IMG/VR virus record: IMGVR_UViG_3300031813_000003 | Span: 64,001-128,000 of that record | DNA: 64,000 nt | Direction: 5' to 3' (one strand) | DNA from: a virus | Taxonomy: Duplodnaviria; Caudoviricetes | Shown: positions 46,770 to 56,310 of the stretch, piece by piece | Layout: each line of letters opens with the position of its first letter | How positions within the stretch are numbered: the stretch's first letter is position 1 | Position numbers and translations under genes: made by a program | The notes under the pieces: model-generated | What the model was told of the DNA's origin: nothing | The model's database searches: none | The model's input: the letters and a program-made list of their open reading frames with translations, nothing else

Positions 46770-47936
46770 TTGGCACTAGATAAAATGAATGTACCCAAGA
46801 CTATCACGGTTGGGTTCAATGAAAGAAGTGATACCTACACAAAGAAACTTGCTTATATCATCTACACAGACGCAAAAGGTGTTCTCAGAAAAGAGAAATC
46901 TTGGGAAGGGTGGAGGGACAAAAAGATCAATCCTGAAACCTATGATAATGAAGCAATGTCAGGGTTTGTCCTCAACAAGAAAGTTGGCGGAAATAACTAC
47001 AGCTGGAACCCAAGAAATACCTATGTAAGGGTGTTCGATCCAAGGGGATTTGAATTTGAAATCTCTGTCCCTAATCTTCTATTTATCCTTCAGGAAACCT
47101 CTTCGATAAAAGGTAAAGGTCTAGAAGGTGAGTTTGTGTATGCTTGGGATGGTGCTGAACTTGTTCTTCTGCCTACTACATGCCAAGAGTATAAAGACTC
47201 AGCAGCTTTCACCACTCTTCAAACCAAGAAGATCACCAAGAATGACATAAAAGAAGGTATGATCTATCTCAACAAAGATAATGATCGTGTTATGTATCTT
47301 GGTAGACATGATTGGACAACTTATAATAGTTCATATGAATACAGTGATATCTATGGGAATTGGCAACCAAGATATAGTGGTAACTACTATGGCTATGGTC
47401 ATGACACATCTACTAGGAAAACCAAAATTAATTACTTCTTGATCACCAAAAAGAAACATGTATTCGTATACATCGACAAAGATGAATACTGGATTCAGGA
47501 TGGATTCACTAAAATTGGTAGAATAGAATCCCCTGATGTTAGCCCATTGTATGCAGAAAAGTATGATACATTCAAAACTAAATGCCCAAATGTTGGTAAT
47601 GAGTTTGAAGTTGTAAAAGAAACTTTCAATGTGAAAGAAAGTCTTGATTTAAACCATACTAGACAATTCAATAGATCATTTCGACTTGGTAATGATAGAT
47701 TCAATGTTAGTTTCAATTCATATATGAAAGCCCCTACCATTATCCTTGAACATAACAAGGATCATTATATCTATACTATTGACTGTGATAAGTTATCCTA
47801 TATCACACCTTCATATACAACAGATGGGGTAAAAACTGTTATATCAGAAGAACAACTAGCTTCACTAATCGGTGATAAATATACATTCAAGAACAAAAAT
47901 AACGATACTACTCTATACATAATGTCAACATATTAA
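46770..47936 (+). CDS. hypothetical phage protein
   Basis: 388 aa; KLAY..RKEKSW..WRD, DPRGFEFEI, GEFVYAW. Confidence 0.75.
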   Translation: MALDKMNVPKTITVGFNERSDTYTKKLAYIIYTDAKGVLRKEKSWEGWRDKKINPETYDNEAMSGFVLNKKVGGNNYSWNPRNTYVRVFDPRGFEFEISVPNLLFILQETSSIKGKGLEGEFVYAWDGAELVLLPTTCQEYKDSAAFTTLQTKKITKNDIKEGMIYLNKDNDRVMYLGRHDWTTYNSSYEYSDIYGNWQPRYSGNYYGYGHDTSTRKTKINYFLITKKKHVFVYIDKDEYWIQDGFTKIGRIESPDVSPLYAEKYDTFKTKCPNVGNEFEVVKETFNVKESLDLNHTRQFNRSFRLGNDRFNVSFNSYMKAPTIILEHNKDHYIYTIDCDKLSYITPSYTTDGVKTVISEEQLASLIGDKYTFKNKNNDTTLYIMSTY

Positions 47937-47950
47937 GGAGAAATAAACAA

Positions 47951-48379
47951 ATGTCTAAACATGATGAAAAAGTAAAAGCAATGTTGGAAGTACTAGAAAC
48001 AAAGAGAAAGGAACTAGGAACAAAACCATCTGGTAGTCTAGTAACCAATGGTCTTCTGAAGTTCAATGATAGAGATCACATCAACATTCAGACTATCAAT
48101 GATATCAAGGTTGCTGTTAACTCCCTTGCATTAGTACTTGGCAACAAACTTGTGTATGAGAATGCCTGTAAACTGCTTGATGTGGAATCTGAATACAACT
48201 ACGGTGGATATGCAATTGAAGATTGGATTGCAGACCTGAAGCATCGTGTTGATATTATCAAATGGAACACAAAACAAGCTGAGTTTAATGCTATCTCCAA
48301 AAAACTTGATGGATTAATCTCTGAAGACCTTAGAACTGAGAAAGAACTTGGTGATATCGAGGCACTTTTAGGGAAATGA
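47951..48379 (+). CDS. hypothetical protein
   Basis: AAGGAG SD. Confidence 0.7.
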   Translation: MSKHDEKVKAMLEVLETKRKELGTKPSGSLVTNGLLKFNDRDHINIQTINDIKVAVNSLALVLGNKLVYENACKLLDVESEYNYGGYAIEDWIADLKHRVDIIKWNTKQAEFNAISKKLDGLISEDLRTEKELGDIEALLGK

Positions 48380-48633
48380 CCAGATATGATATCATCAATC
48401 TAGGTAAAGAATTTGCAGATGAAAATGATGCTGCATTTGATTTATGGACTTGGTTGCCCTCACATGAAGTGACTAAAAAACATCATAATGATTATGCTGA
48501 TGAATTTAGACCATCAATCAAAGATATTATGTATGAGGCATCTATGTACATGTCTTCCATCAAATATGGCAAAAATGAAATTCATGATGATTGGTTTAAT
48601 AGATGTTGTTGTGGGGAATCCCATGAAGAATAG
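48376..48633 (+). CDS. hypothetical protein
   Basis: Coupled ATGA. Confidence 0.55.
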   Translation: MTRYDIINLGKEFADENDAAFDLWTWLPSHEVTKKHHNDYADEFRPSIKDIMYEASMYMSSIKYGKNEIHDDWFNRCCCGESHEE

Positions 48634-49333
48634 AATCATAGTAGCATATGCAACCAATAGGGACGTTGGATTCCAAAAGTTTTTTAAAAAAGAAGTGAAA
48701 AAGAGTATAGGATGTGACTTTGAAATATGTCCTATCCCTAATAATGGATCAGTGTCCCTTACTAAGACATACAATAAATTTTGGGAAGGATACCCATTTG
48801 ATGAACATGATATATTTCTGTTCATTCACCATGATATCCATTTCAAAAATGTAGGTTGGGGAAAGAATTTACTTAACCTGTTTAATGAATCTGATGCCAA
48901 TATCATTGGTGTGGCAGGGACTGATCATCTTTATAATCATGGCGTTTGGTGGCTTGATCAATCAGGGCAATTTAACCAGAAAGATTTATGGGGAAAGGTT
49001 TGGCACACTGATGGTAAGAAAAACTGGAAGTCTGATTTTACCACTCCAATAAAGAAATGTGAACGTCTTCAGTCTGTAGCGGCAATCGATGGAGTGTTCA
49101 TTGCGTTTGACCCTGATGAATGTGAACAGTTTGACGAGGATTTCGAAAGCTTCCATTTCTACGATCTATCATTTTGCCTTCGAAATTTGGCTTCTGGACG
49201 GTCTATCTATGTAACTGAGACTATCCCTATCATCCATGAGTCCGAGGGCCCTGTGAATGAAATATGGGACCAGAATAGACAACAACTAATTCTTAAATAC
49301 CCAGGAGATCATACTCCAAATATTATACCGTGA
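48623..49333 (+). CDS. GT-A (family 2-like) glycosyltransferase
   Basis: FIHHDI, IIGVAG, AIDGVF, FDE.F..FHFYDL, HES.G; start reassigned to 48623. Confidence 0.8.
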   Translation: MKNRIIVAYATNRDVGFQKFFKKEVKKSIGCDFEICPIPNNGSVSLTKTYNKFWEGYPFDEHDIFLFIHHDIHFKNVGWGKNLLNLFNESDANIIGVAGTDHLYNHGVWWLDQSGQFNQKDLWGKVWHTDGKKNWKSDFTTPIKKCERLQSVAAIDGVFIAFDPDECEQFDEDFESFHFYDLSFCLRNLASGRSIYVTETIPIIHESEGPVNEIWDQNRQQLILKYPGDHTPNIIP

Positions 49334-49800
49334 TTTTTCATAACATCTATAACATCATCAATAAAAGTTACATTTATTTTTGGTTTTATTAATTCTGGTT
49401 TTGTTTGTACATCAGTAATTAAGTATACCCCATGAGAGTTCATAACATCAATCACATCAGCTTTGAATAGCGATATTGTTTCTGGTGTGTTATATTTACT
49501 TTTATTTACTAATTCCTTTATCCAAGCATATTTTTTGCTATTATACTCTCTAACAGAGTATCTTTTCATATTAGCCATCATATTCACTGTTTTAAGCAAA
49601 CCATATTGTTTAGGGTATCTTTTACATAGCAACACATGAGCAAAGAAATGCTCTCTAGCTGTTAACAATACCATATTATCAGATAAATCATTCCCACCCA
49701 TACATCGTGGAATAATATGATGATTTTCAGTACATACTTTCTTTGATCTTATTAAAATTTGGTTGTTACGTTTTTCGATAAGCGCATTATACTCTTTCAT
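49309..49800 (-). mobile_element. HNH homing endonuclease
   Basis: ENHHIIPRCMGG.D..DNMVLLTAREHF.AH. Confidence 0.8.
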
Positions 49801-49808
49801 AATTCATA

Positions 49809-49846
49809 TATGACTCCTATATTTTAAACTATTTATAGGAGTCGTA
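49809..49846 (-). promoter_or_regulatory. late promoter TATAAATA inside RBS-sequestering hairpin
   Basis: GACTCCTATA / TATAGGAGTC; TATAAATA at 49830-37 overlaps the 5' arm and loop. Confidence 0.7.
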
Positions 49847-49917
49847 TAACTCATATAGAGTTATGATAATGCTTTATATAAAGCAAACTTGTATATTTTA
49901 TATATAAACTAATATGA

Positions 49918-49950
49918 AATCAACCACTTGCAGTTGGCACAGATACTGCT
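49918..49950 (+). promoter_or_regulatory. IHF site and sigma54 (-24/-12) promoter
   Basis: AATCAAccacTTG matches WATCAANNNNTTR; TGGCACagataCTGC has GG-N10-GC. Confidence 0.6.
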
Positions 49951-49988
49951 TTATCAATAGAAACAAACTAAAAAGGAGTATCACCCAA

Positions 49989-50204
49989 ATGAAACTATCA
50001 GCAATCGTACTAATCGTATCATCACTTTTCGCAACCTCTGCATTCGCTAAAGCAACTTCAACTACAACCCTTGCAACTGCAACACCAAAGGTTGCCCAGG
50101 CTCAAATGTCTTCAGCTAAGAAAGTGAAAGCAAAAGCAGTGAAGAAAGCTAAGAAAGCAGCAAAGGCAAAGAAAGTTGTTGCTCCAGTAGCAGTAACCAA
50201 GTAA
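49989..50204 (+). CDS. secreted Lys/Ala-rich small protein (Asr-like)
   Basis: Signal peptide ending SAFA, then AKKVKAKAVKKAKKAAKAKK; AAGGAG SD. Confidence 0.7.
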   Translation: MKLSAIVLIVSSLFATSAFAKATSTTTLATATPKVAQAQMSSAKKVKAKAVKKAKKAAKAKKVVAPVAVTK

Positions 50205-50222
50205 TTCAGTATTGAACTGTAT

Positions 50223-50259
50223 AAAAGGATAGGTGAGATACAATTCGCCTATCCTTTTT
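50223..50259 (+). terminator. intrinsic terminator
   Basis: AAAAGGATAGGTGA / TCGCCTATCCTTTT. Confidence 0.75.
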
Positions 50260-50295
50260 CATAAATAAAGATAAACTCACAAAGGATATACTTTT

Positions 50296-50517
50296 ATGGA
50301 CTTCAATAAAGCTTTACAAAAACTCCAAGAAGATACAGTTCAAGATCAACAATTAGCAGTAAAGAAAGCCGCTGCCCTAGCTAAATTTCAAGCAGCTAAA
50401 CAACTTCAGCCAGGAGACGATATAATTCCTGATCCATCTGATCCTACTGGCAATAAATGGAAAATTCTTCCAGCTGCGGTGAAGCAACAAGCTAATAACG
50501 CAACTCTATCACGTTAA
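50296..50517 (+). CDS. small late protein
   Basis: CATAAATA at 50260-67, AAGGA SD. Confidence 0.55.
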   Translation: MDFNKALQKLQEDTVQDQQLAVKKAAALAKFQAAKQLQPGDDIIPDPSDPTGNKWKILPAAVKQQANNATLSR

Positions 50518-50529
50518 AGGTTAGAAATA

Positions 50530-50718
50530 ATGAATGAAAAATTACAAAGTATTTCCATTAAACTTATTCTAACAATCCCTGCACTTGTTGTAGGGATTGT
50601 TACCGCTTTACTTTTCATCCTGAAACCAGTTATAGAACTATGGACTGAGAAGAAATTCAATCAAAAACCAATTCCTCTTGAAGTATCCAAACCAGAACCA
50701 AATCACACCTTTATGTAA
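50530..50718 (+). CDS. small membrane protein
   Basis: One TM segment. Confidence 0.5.
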   Translation: MNEKLQSISIKLILTIPALVVGIVTALLFILKPVIELWTEKKFNQKPIPLEVSKPEPNHTFM

Positions 50719-50724
50719 TTACAT

Positions 50725-50758
50725 TTGACAAAAGACCTTGCTATATGGTAAGGTCTTT
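50725..50758 (+). promoter_or_regulatory. promoter in near-palindrome upstream of DNA polymerase
   Basis: TTGACA-18-TAAGGT; AAAGACCTT / AAGGTCTTT. Confidence 0.6.
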
Positions 50759-50834
50759 ATATCCCCTATTTTAAAAATTTAAAAGTCTATCTAGTTTACT
50801 AGGGTAAGAATGATGTTAGACCCAAGGAGTACGA

Positions 50835-53336
50835 ATGCCCAAAATGCTGATAAATGCTTATCTAAGTAGCCCAAACACAATAACCCATATATATAGTCAG
50901 TGTGGTATTGTTAAGAAAGAAAAAGTAAACTTCAAACCGTTCCTAGGGTATCATGTAGGAGAAAATGATGTTACTACTTGGACTGATATGCATGGGAAGA
51001 AAGTAAAAGTAAAAATCTTTGATTCAATTATGGAAATGCGTAAATGGAAAAAAGAAAACAAAGGAATGGAAATATTTGGTGATATTGACGTAGTTGATAT
51101 GTTTGTAGCAACCAAATATAGGGGAGATATACATCTAGATAGAGCAGGAATGAAAATATTCAACATAGATATAGAAGTTTTTGTTTCTGAAGGTGCTGGT
51201 TTCCCTAAAGCAACTGAAGCAAAACATCCTATCAATGCAATTACCATAAACGAGATTTGTACTGGAACATTCACAACGTTTGCTTATATAGATTATGTTC
51301 CTCAAAATAGCAAAGAAAACTTCATAGTATGTACGAACGAAAAAGACTTACTATACAAGTTTCTTGATTTTTGGAACAAAGAAGACCCACAGATTATCAC
51401 AGGGTGGAACATCAATGGTTTCGATATTCCGTACCTAGTAAATCGTCTTCAAAATCTCTTTGGTTCTGAAGAAGTAAAACGTCTTTCAATAGATAAAGTC
51501 ATTACACCTATTAAAGAAATTGATAAGTACGGCAACGAACAGATACATTATGCTCTCCAAGGGCATATCATTTGGGATTATATTGAACTGTATAAGAAAT
51601 ATACCCAAGAAACAAGAGAAGAATACTCTCTATCCAACATCGCAATGGTTGAACTTGGGGATGACAAAATTGATTATCATGAAGAATATGATAACCTGAA
51701 CGATCTCTATCTGAAGAACCCACAATTATTCATTCAATACAACATCAAAGATACTGGACTAGTAGCAGACCTTGATTACAAACTAGATTATATCAATGTA
51801 GCAATGTCTATCATGCATAAAGCAAAGTGCAGACCTGATAAAATATTTGGTACTCTAGCTCCTTGGGACTGTCTCATCTATAACAATCTCTTATCAAGGA
51901 AAATGCTTTGCCCTCCAAATACAAATCATAGTAAACAAGACTTTGTTGGTGGATTTGTTGGTATACCAAAAGTAGGGTTACATTACTGGCTTGAAGTCAT
52001 CGATATTGTGAGTTCATACCCTAATCAGATCAGGTCTTATAATCTATCTCCTGAAACAGCAATTCCACAAGATACTCTTCCCCAAGAATTGTTAGACATA
52101 CAACATAAGTACACAGGAATTGATATTTGCGCTGATCTGGAAAAGACAAAAGATATAGGAGCAATCCTAAGAAAGCATAAAGTATCCTTCACATCAAATG
52201 GTCATTTCTTTGACATTTCTAAAGAAGGTATTATTCCTGCGATATTCACAGAACTGTTCCAGCTGCGTAAATCATATAAGAGAGAGAAAAAAGAACATGA
52301 TAAAGCAGGGCGTGTTCGTGAATCTAAAATTGCTGACTTGTACCAGTATACAATCAAGATTCTTCTTAACTCTGGATATGGTGCATTAGCTAACAATTAT
52401 AGTAGATATTTTGATATTAGGATTGGTGAAGCAATCACATCAAACGGTCAAGTAGCTTGTAAAGGAATGATCAATACTATAGAACACAAGTTGGGTATCC
52501 CTGTAGTCTATGCCGATACAGACTCCAACTTCATTTCTCTAGAATCAGTCATTGATAAATGTTTCAAAGGTAAAGAAGTAGACACAAAACGTAAACTTGA
52601 CTTTATTCTTCAGTATCATGAAAAGTGCATTCAGCCAGCAATCGATGAATTCTTCCAAGGGTTGAAAGTAAACATGAATATGAGAGAACTGACCATTGGA
52701 GTTGAAGCAGAATGTATTGCTGATGTTACTATATTTACTGCCAAGAAACGGTATATCATGAACAAGGTATGGGATGAAGGAACTTTCTTACTGGATCATC
52801 CTAAGAGGAAGATTAGGGGAATTGAAATAGTTCGTTCTTCTACTCCAAAGTTAATACGTGAAAAATTAAGGGAAGCAGTTGATATCATATTCACCACAAA
52901 ATCAAATGATAATCTAATTGACTTTGTTGATGACTTTAGGAATGAATTCAAAACTCTTCCAATAGAAAGAATTTCATCCCCTGTGTCGGTTACTTTTAGT
53001 GATTATACTATTGACTCAAAGGGGTTGCCTATTGGTGTTCGTGCAGCATTCTCATTTAATGCATACCTCAGAAGAATGAAGTTGAACAACAAATATGTAC
53101 CAATTGTTGATGGTGATAAAATAAGACATTGTTATATTAAGCAACCTAATCACGTAAGATCACATGTTATCGGATTCATAGGTAAACTCCCAAATGAAAT
53201 GTTAGATACATTTCAGATTGATTATAACCTACAATTTCAAAAGACCTTCGTTGCGCCATTAGAAAAAATTCTAAATGCAATCAACTGGAATATTGAAAGA
53301 ATTCAAACACTTGAAGATTTGTTTTCATATGATTAA
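50835..53336 (+). CDS. 43: family B DNA polymerase
   Basis: Exo DIE, GWNINGFDIPY, YNIKD; pol DIVSSYP, KILLNSGYG, YADTDS, KKRY. Confidence 0.95.
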   Translation: MPKMLINAYLSSPNTITHIYSQCGIVKKEKVNFKPFLGYHVGENDVTTWTDMHGKKVKVKIFDSIMEMRKWKKENKGMEIFGDIDVVDMFVATKYRGDIHLDRAGMKIFNIDIEVFVSEGAGFPKATEAKHPINAITINEICTGTFTTFAYIDYVPQNSKENFIVCTNEKDLLYKFLDFWNKEDPQIITGWNINGFDIPYLVNRLQNLFGSEEVKRLSIDKVITPIKEIDKYGNEQIHYALQGHIIWDYIELYKKYTQETREEYSLSNIAMVELGDDKIDYHEEYDNLNDLYLKNPQLFIQYNIKDTGLVADLDYKLDYINVAMSIMHKAKCRPDKIFGTLAPWDCLIYNNLLSRKMLCPPNTNHSKQDFVGGFVGIPKVGLHYWLEVIDIVSSYPNQIRSYNLSPETAIPQDTLPQELLDIQHKYTGIDICADLEKTKDIGAILRKHKVSFTSNGHFFDISKEGIIPAIFTELFQLRKSYKREKKEHDKAGRVRESKIADLYQYTIKILLNSGYGALANNYSRYFDIRIGEAITSNGQVACKGMINTIEHKLGIPVVYADTDSNFISLESVIDKCFKGKEVDTKRKLDFILQYHEKCIQPAIDEFFQGLKVNMNMRELTIGVEAECIADVTIFTAKKRYIMNKVWDEGTFLLDHPKRKIRGIEIVRSSTPKLIREKLREAVDIIFTTKSNDNLIDFVDDFRNEFKTLPIERISSPVSVTFSDYTIDSKGLPIGVRAAFSFNAYLRRMKLNNKYVPIVDGDKIRHCYIKQPNHVRSHVIGFIGKLPNEMLDTFQIDYNLQFQKTFVAPLEKILNAINWNIERIQTLEDLFSYD

Positions 53337-53339
53337 AAG

Positions 53340-53392
53340 TTGACATAACCCTCCTTTCGATGGTATAATTCATTATCTACTATCGAAAGGAG
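53340..53392 (+). promoter_or_regulatory. promoter with 15-bp anti-SD/SD hairpin
   Basis: TTGACA-18-TATAAT; CTCCTTTCGATGGTA / TACTATCGAAAGGAG. Confidence 0.75.
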
Positions 53393-53398
53393 AATGTC

Positions 53399-53611
53399 AT
53401 GACAACTTCAGAACAACTTATAGAATTCTTAAAGCAATACCCAGGAGCAGAAATAGAAGTTCTGGTAAACAGAGTAAGAGGATATGAAGTATATGCTGAA
53501 TGGGAAACTCTTGATCTAGAATATCATACTAATATTATTGATGTGAGAAAAAAGAGTTTTACTGATCCTCCATTTCAAGGTAAAGTTTATATTAGATTAG
53601 GAGAAAGATGA
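53399..53611 (+). CDS. hypothetical protein
   Basis: AAGGAG SD. Confidence 0.6.
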   Translation: MTTSEQLIEFLKQYPGAEIEVLVNRVRGYEVYAEWETLDLEYHTNIIDVRKKSFTDPPFQGKVYIRLGER

Positions 53612-53759
53612 AAACACCAAGGGAAGTAATAGATCAGATTCTAGAAAACAAGGTAAGACTAGCAACAGTTGATGTTCAAAAAGAGTTCATCCATCTTGAT
53701 AAAAACAATAAAGGTGAATGGACTCTTGTTATAACAAAATCACTTTTGGAGAAATCAGA

Positions 53760-53939
53760 ATGAAACTTATATATAGACAACTTTTATTGGTATTGTTCAC
53801 TTCACTGTTTTTATATGGTTGGACTGAGCCTGTTGGAAGTATACTAAAAACAAGCACACCACTTACTTTTTTATTGAGTGCTGTGTGTTGGATGAATTTA
53901 CTTCCACAAAAATTTTTAGATAAATTATTAAACAGGTGA
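53760..53939 (+). CDS. small membrane protein
   Basis: GGAG SD, hydrophobic. Confidence 0.45.
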   Translation: MKLIYRQLLLVLFTSLFLYGWTEPVGSILKTSTPLTFLLSAVCWMNLLPQKFLDKLLNR

Positions 53940-54075
53940 TTACATATGACTCAACAAGAAAAAGATATCATTTTTGATATATATAAAAATATAGTAAAAT
54001 TTGCATACTCAAGTCATATTACAAGTGAAATTTATAAAAAGTATCCTGAAGCATTCTTCAGATCTAGGGAGTAGA

Positions 54076-55164
54076 ATGGCAGACATTACATTAACACCAG
54101 AACAACATCATGCTGTAAATCTCATTAAAAAATGGTTTACAAGTTCACATAAAAAAACACCTTTCATATTAGCAGGGCTTGCTGGAACAGGCAAAACCAC
54201 TATCATAAAACATATCACAAATGATCTAGAAATAAAAGATTATCAAATCAGATATTGTGCTTTTACAGGCAAAGCAGCACTTGTAATGAAATCAAAGGGA
54301 ATGTTAGCAACAACGATACATTCTCTAATTTATGAGCCTAGAACAGATGAAATGAAAAAGGTAAAATTTGTAAGGAAATCAAATTTAGGGGCTGATGTAA
54401 GACTGATCATATGTGATGAATCATCTATGATTGGGAAGGTAATTCAAGGTGATTTAGAATCTTATAGTATCCCCATTCTTTATGTTGGGGATCATGGGCA
54501 ACTTCCTCCAGTTGGAGATGATGTTACAAATTTAATGTTTAACCCAAATTTTAGATTGGAAACTATTCACCGCCAAGCCTTAGATAATCCAATAATTTGG
54601 ATAGCAAATCAAGCTAGAAAAGGAAAGTTTATCGAATATGGTAAATATGGATCAACTGTATTCAAAACTACAGCATCTAAGATAGGGATTGATGCTCTAA
54701 AAATTGCAGATCAGATCATATGTGGTAAAAATATTTCCAGAAAAAATATAAACAAACAAATGAGGGACTATTATGGATTTATTTCAGAATATCCTCAAGT
54801 AAATGATAAATTGATTTGTTTAAAAAACAATAGTCAGAATGGCTTAGTCAATGGAATGACTGGAACTTGTATGTCATTTGATGAATCAAAATTCAGAATG
54901 GATTTTATGTCAGATGAAGGTGATAACTATGATGACTTGATAGTTGATTATAATATCTTCAAAGGAACAAAATCTGACAAATACAACAAGATGATAGATC
55001 AATTTGATTTTGGTTATTGCATCACTTGTCACAAGTCCCAAGGATCGCAGTATAACAACGTGATTGTGTATGAAGAAAGACTAGGATTTGATAAAGAAAT
55101 GCATAACCGATGGTTGTATACGTCAATTACTAGAGCAGCAGAAAAATTGATCATTATATCATAA
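54076..55164 (+). CDS. dda: Dda/RecD-like SF1B helicase
   Basis: GLAGTGKT, TIHS, DESSM, GDHGQLPPV, HRQ, TCHKSQGS, YTSITRA; start reassigned to 54076. Confidence 0.8.
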   Translation: MADITLTPEQHHAVNLIKKWFTSSHKKTPFILAGLAGTGKTTIIKHITNDLEIKDYQIRYCAFTGKAALVMKSKGMLATTIHSLIYEPRTDEMKKVKFVRKSNLGADVRLIICDESSMIGKVIQGDLESYSIPILYVGDHGQLPPVGDDVTNLMFNPNFRLETIHRQALDNPIIWIANQARKGKFIEYGKYGSTVFKTTASKIGIDALKIADQIICGKNISRKNINKQMRDYYGFISEYPQVNDKLICLKNNSQNGLVNGMTGTCMSFDESKFRMDFMSDEGDNYDDLIVDYNIFKGTKSDKYNKMIDQFDFGYCITCHKSQGSQYNNVIVYEERLGFDKEMHNRWLYTSITRAAEKLIIIS

Positions 55165-55172
55165 GGAAAATA

Positions 55173-56141
55173 ATGAAAAATAAATTATCACCATTAAAAC
55201 ACTTAGTAATCACTCATATGGATTATGATGGCATTGCATCATTGGTGAATATCTACAATATAGTAGAAGACAAAGAAAATAAATTTCAATACTATGCAGT
55301 AGGGTATCATAGTATTGATAAAACTTTACTAAAGATAAAACGAGATACCTTCGATGTGTTATGGATTCTTGACCTTAATCTTACCAAAGAACAGATTAAT
55401 ATTATAAAAACATATACAAATTACAATGCAATTATCTGGATTGATCATCACAGTTACGAATTCGATGTAAAAGCATATATCAAGGAAACCCCAGGATTCA
55501 GATGTTTCTTTATCCATGATGAAACCAAGTCAGCATGTTTAGCAACTAACGAGTATATTGGAAAGCGTTGGACTGAAGCGCAAGAGAATTGCCGTGAGTT
55601 TTGTTACCTTGGTGATCTCTATGATATGTGGAGGACTGACAACCCACGGTTTAACGAAGCATATGCCATAAATGACCTGTTTTGGGAATATCGCTATGAG
55701 AAGTTCTTCAATACCTTTAAGAACGGTTATAAGCTATCTAACGAGGACAGAAACACTATTCTTGCAATCCATAAGGAACGTAAAGAGTATGAAGCAGATA
55801 CAATGGCAAATTATGCCCAAGAGAATGAAGAATACAAAATTTTATATGTATTGAATCCTAAATGTAAACACATCAATCATATCACGTTGGCAGTGCCAGG
55901 AAAGAACTTTTATGTGATTATGAAAGAATTGTCTACTGAAAATATTGGGTATTCTATCAGGATTTACGATTCTGAATTTAATTTGACTTTACAAGAAGTT
56001 TTTGCTATAATGAAAAAAGTAGGAATTACAATAAACACAGCGGGTGGACATGAAAGAGTTGGCGGAATACAAATTCCAATAGAAGAAAATGAAAAGTTTT
56101 TAGAAACAATAAATGGGATATTTGAAAGGAAGATTAGATGA
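55173..56141 (+). CDS. DHH-family phosphoesterase
   Basis: THMDYDG, ILD, WIDHH, GGHERVGG. Confidence 0.85.
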   Translation: MKNKLSPLKHLVITHMDYDGIASLVNIYNIVEDKENKFQYYAVGYHSIDKTLLKIKRDTFDVLWILDLNLTKEQINIIKTYTNYNAIIWIDHHSYEFDVKAYIKETPGFRCFFIHDETKSACLATNEYIGKRWTEAQENCREFCYLGDLYDMWRTDNPRFNEAYAINDLFWEYRYEKFFNTFKNGYKLSNEDRNTILAIHKERKEYEADTMANYAQENEEYKILYVLNPKCKHINHITLAVPGKNFYVIMKELSTENIGYSIRIYDSEFNLTLQEVFAIMKKVGITINTAGGHERVGGIQIPIEENEKFLETINGIFERKIR

Positions 56142-56310
56142 GTACTGAATTGAATGGTCTTTTGGCTAATATGCCAGAAGCAGATGTAAAGGTAGTAAAT
56201 GGAATTAAGAAGTCTATTATAACAGCAGTAAATCTTGATCCTGAATTAGGATTCTTAGCCCTAGCATTAGCAACTGATGAACTAAGAAGTATTGCGTTGC
56301 AACAAGAACC

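Noticed and set aside
38076-53336. Inteins or introns in nrdJ or DNA polymerase
   Set aside because: Lengths are normal and no C..HN-C/S/T or LAGLIDADG blocks were seen
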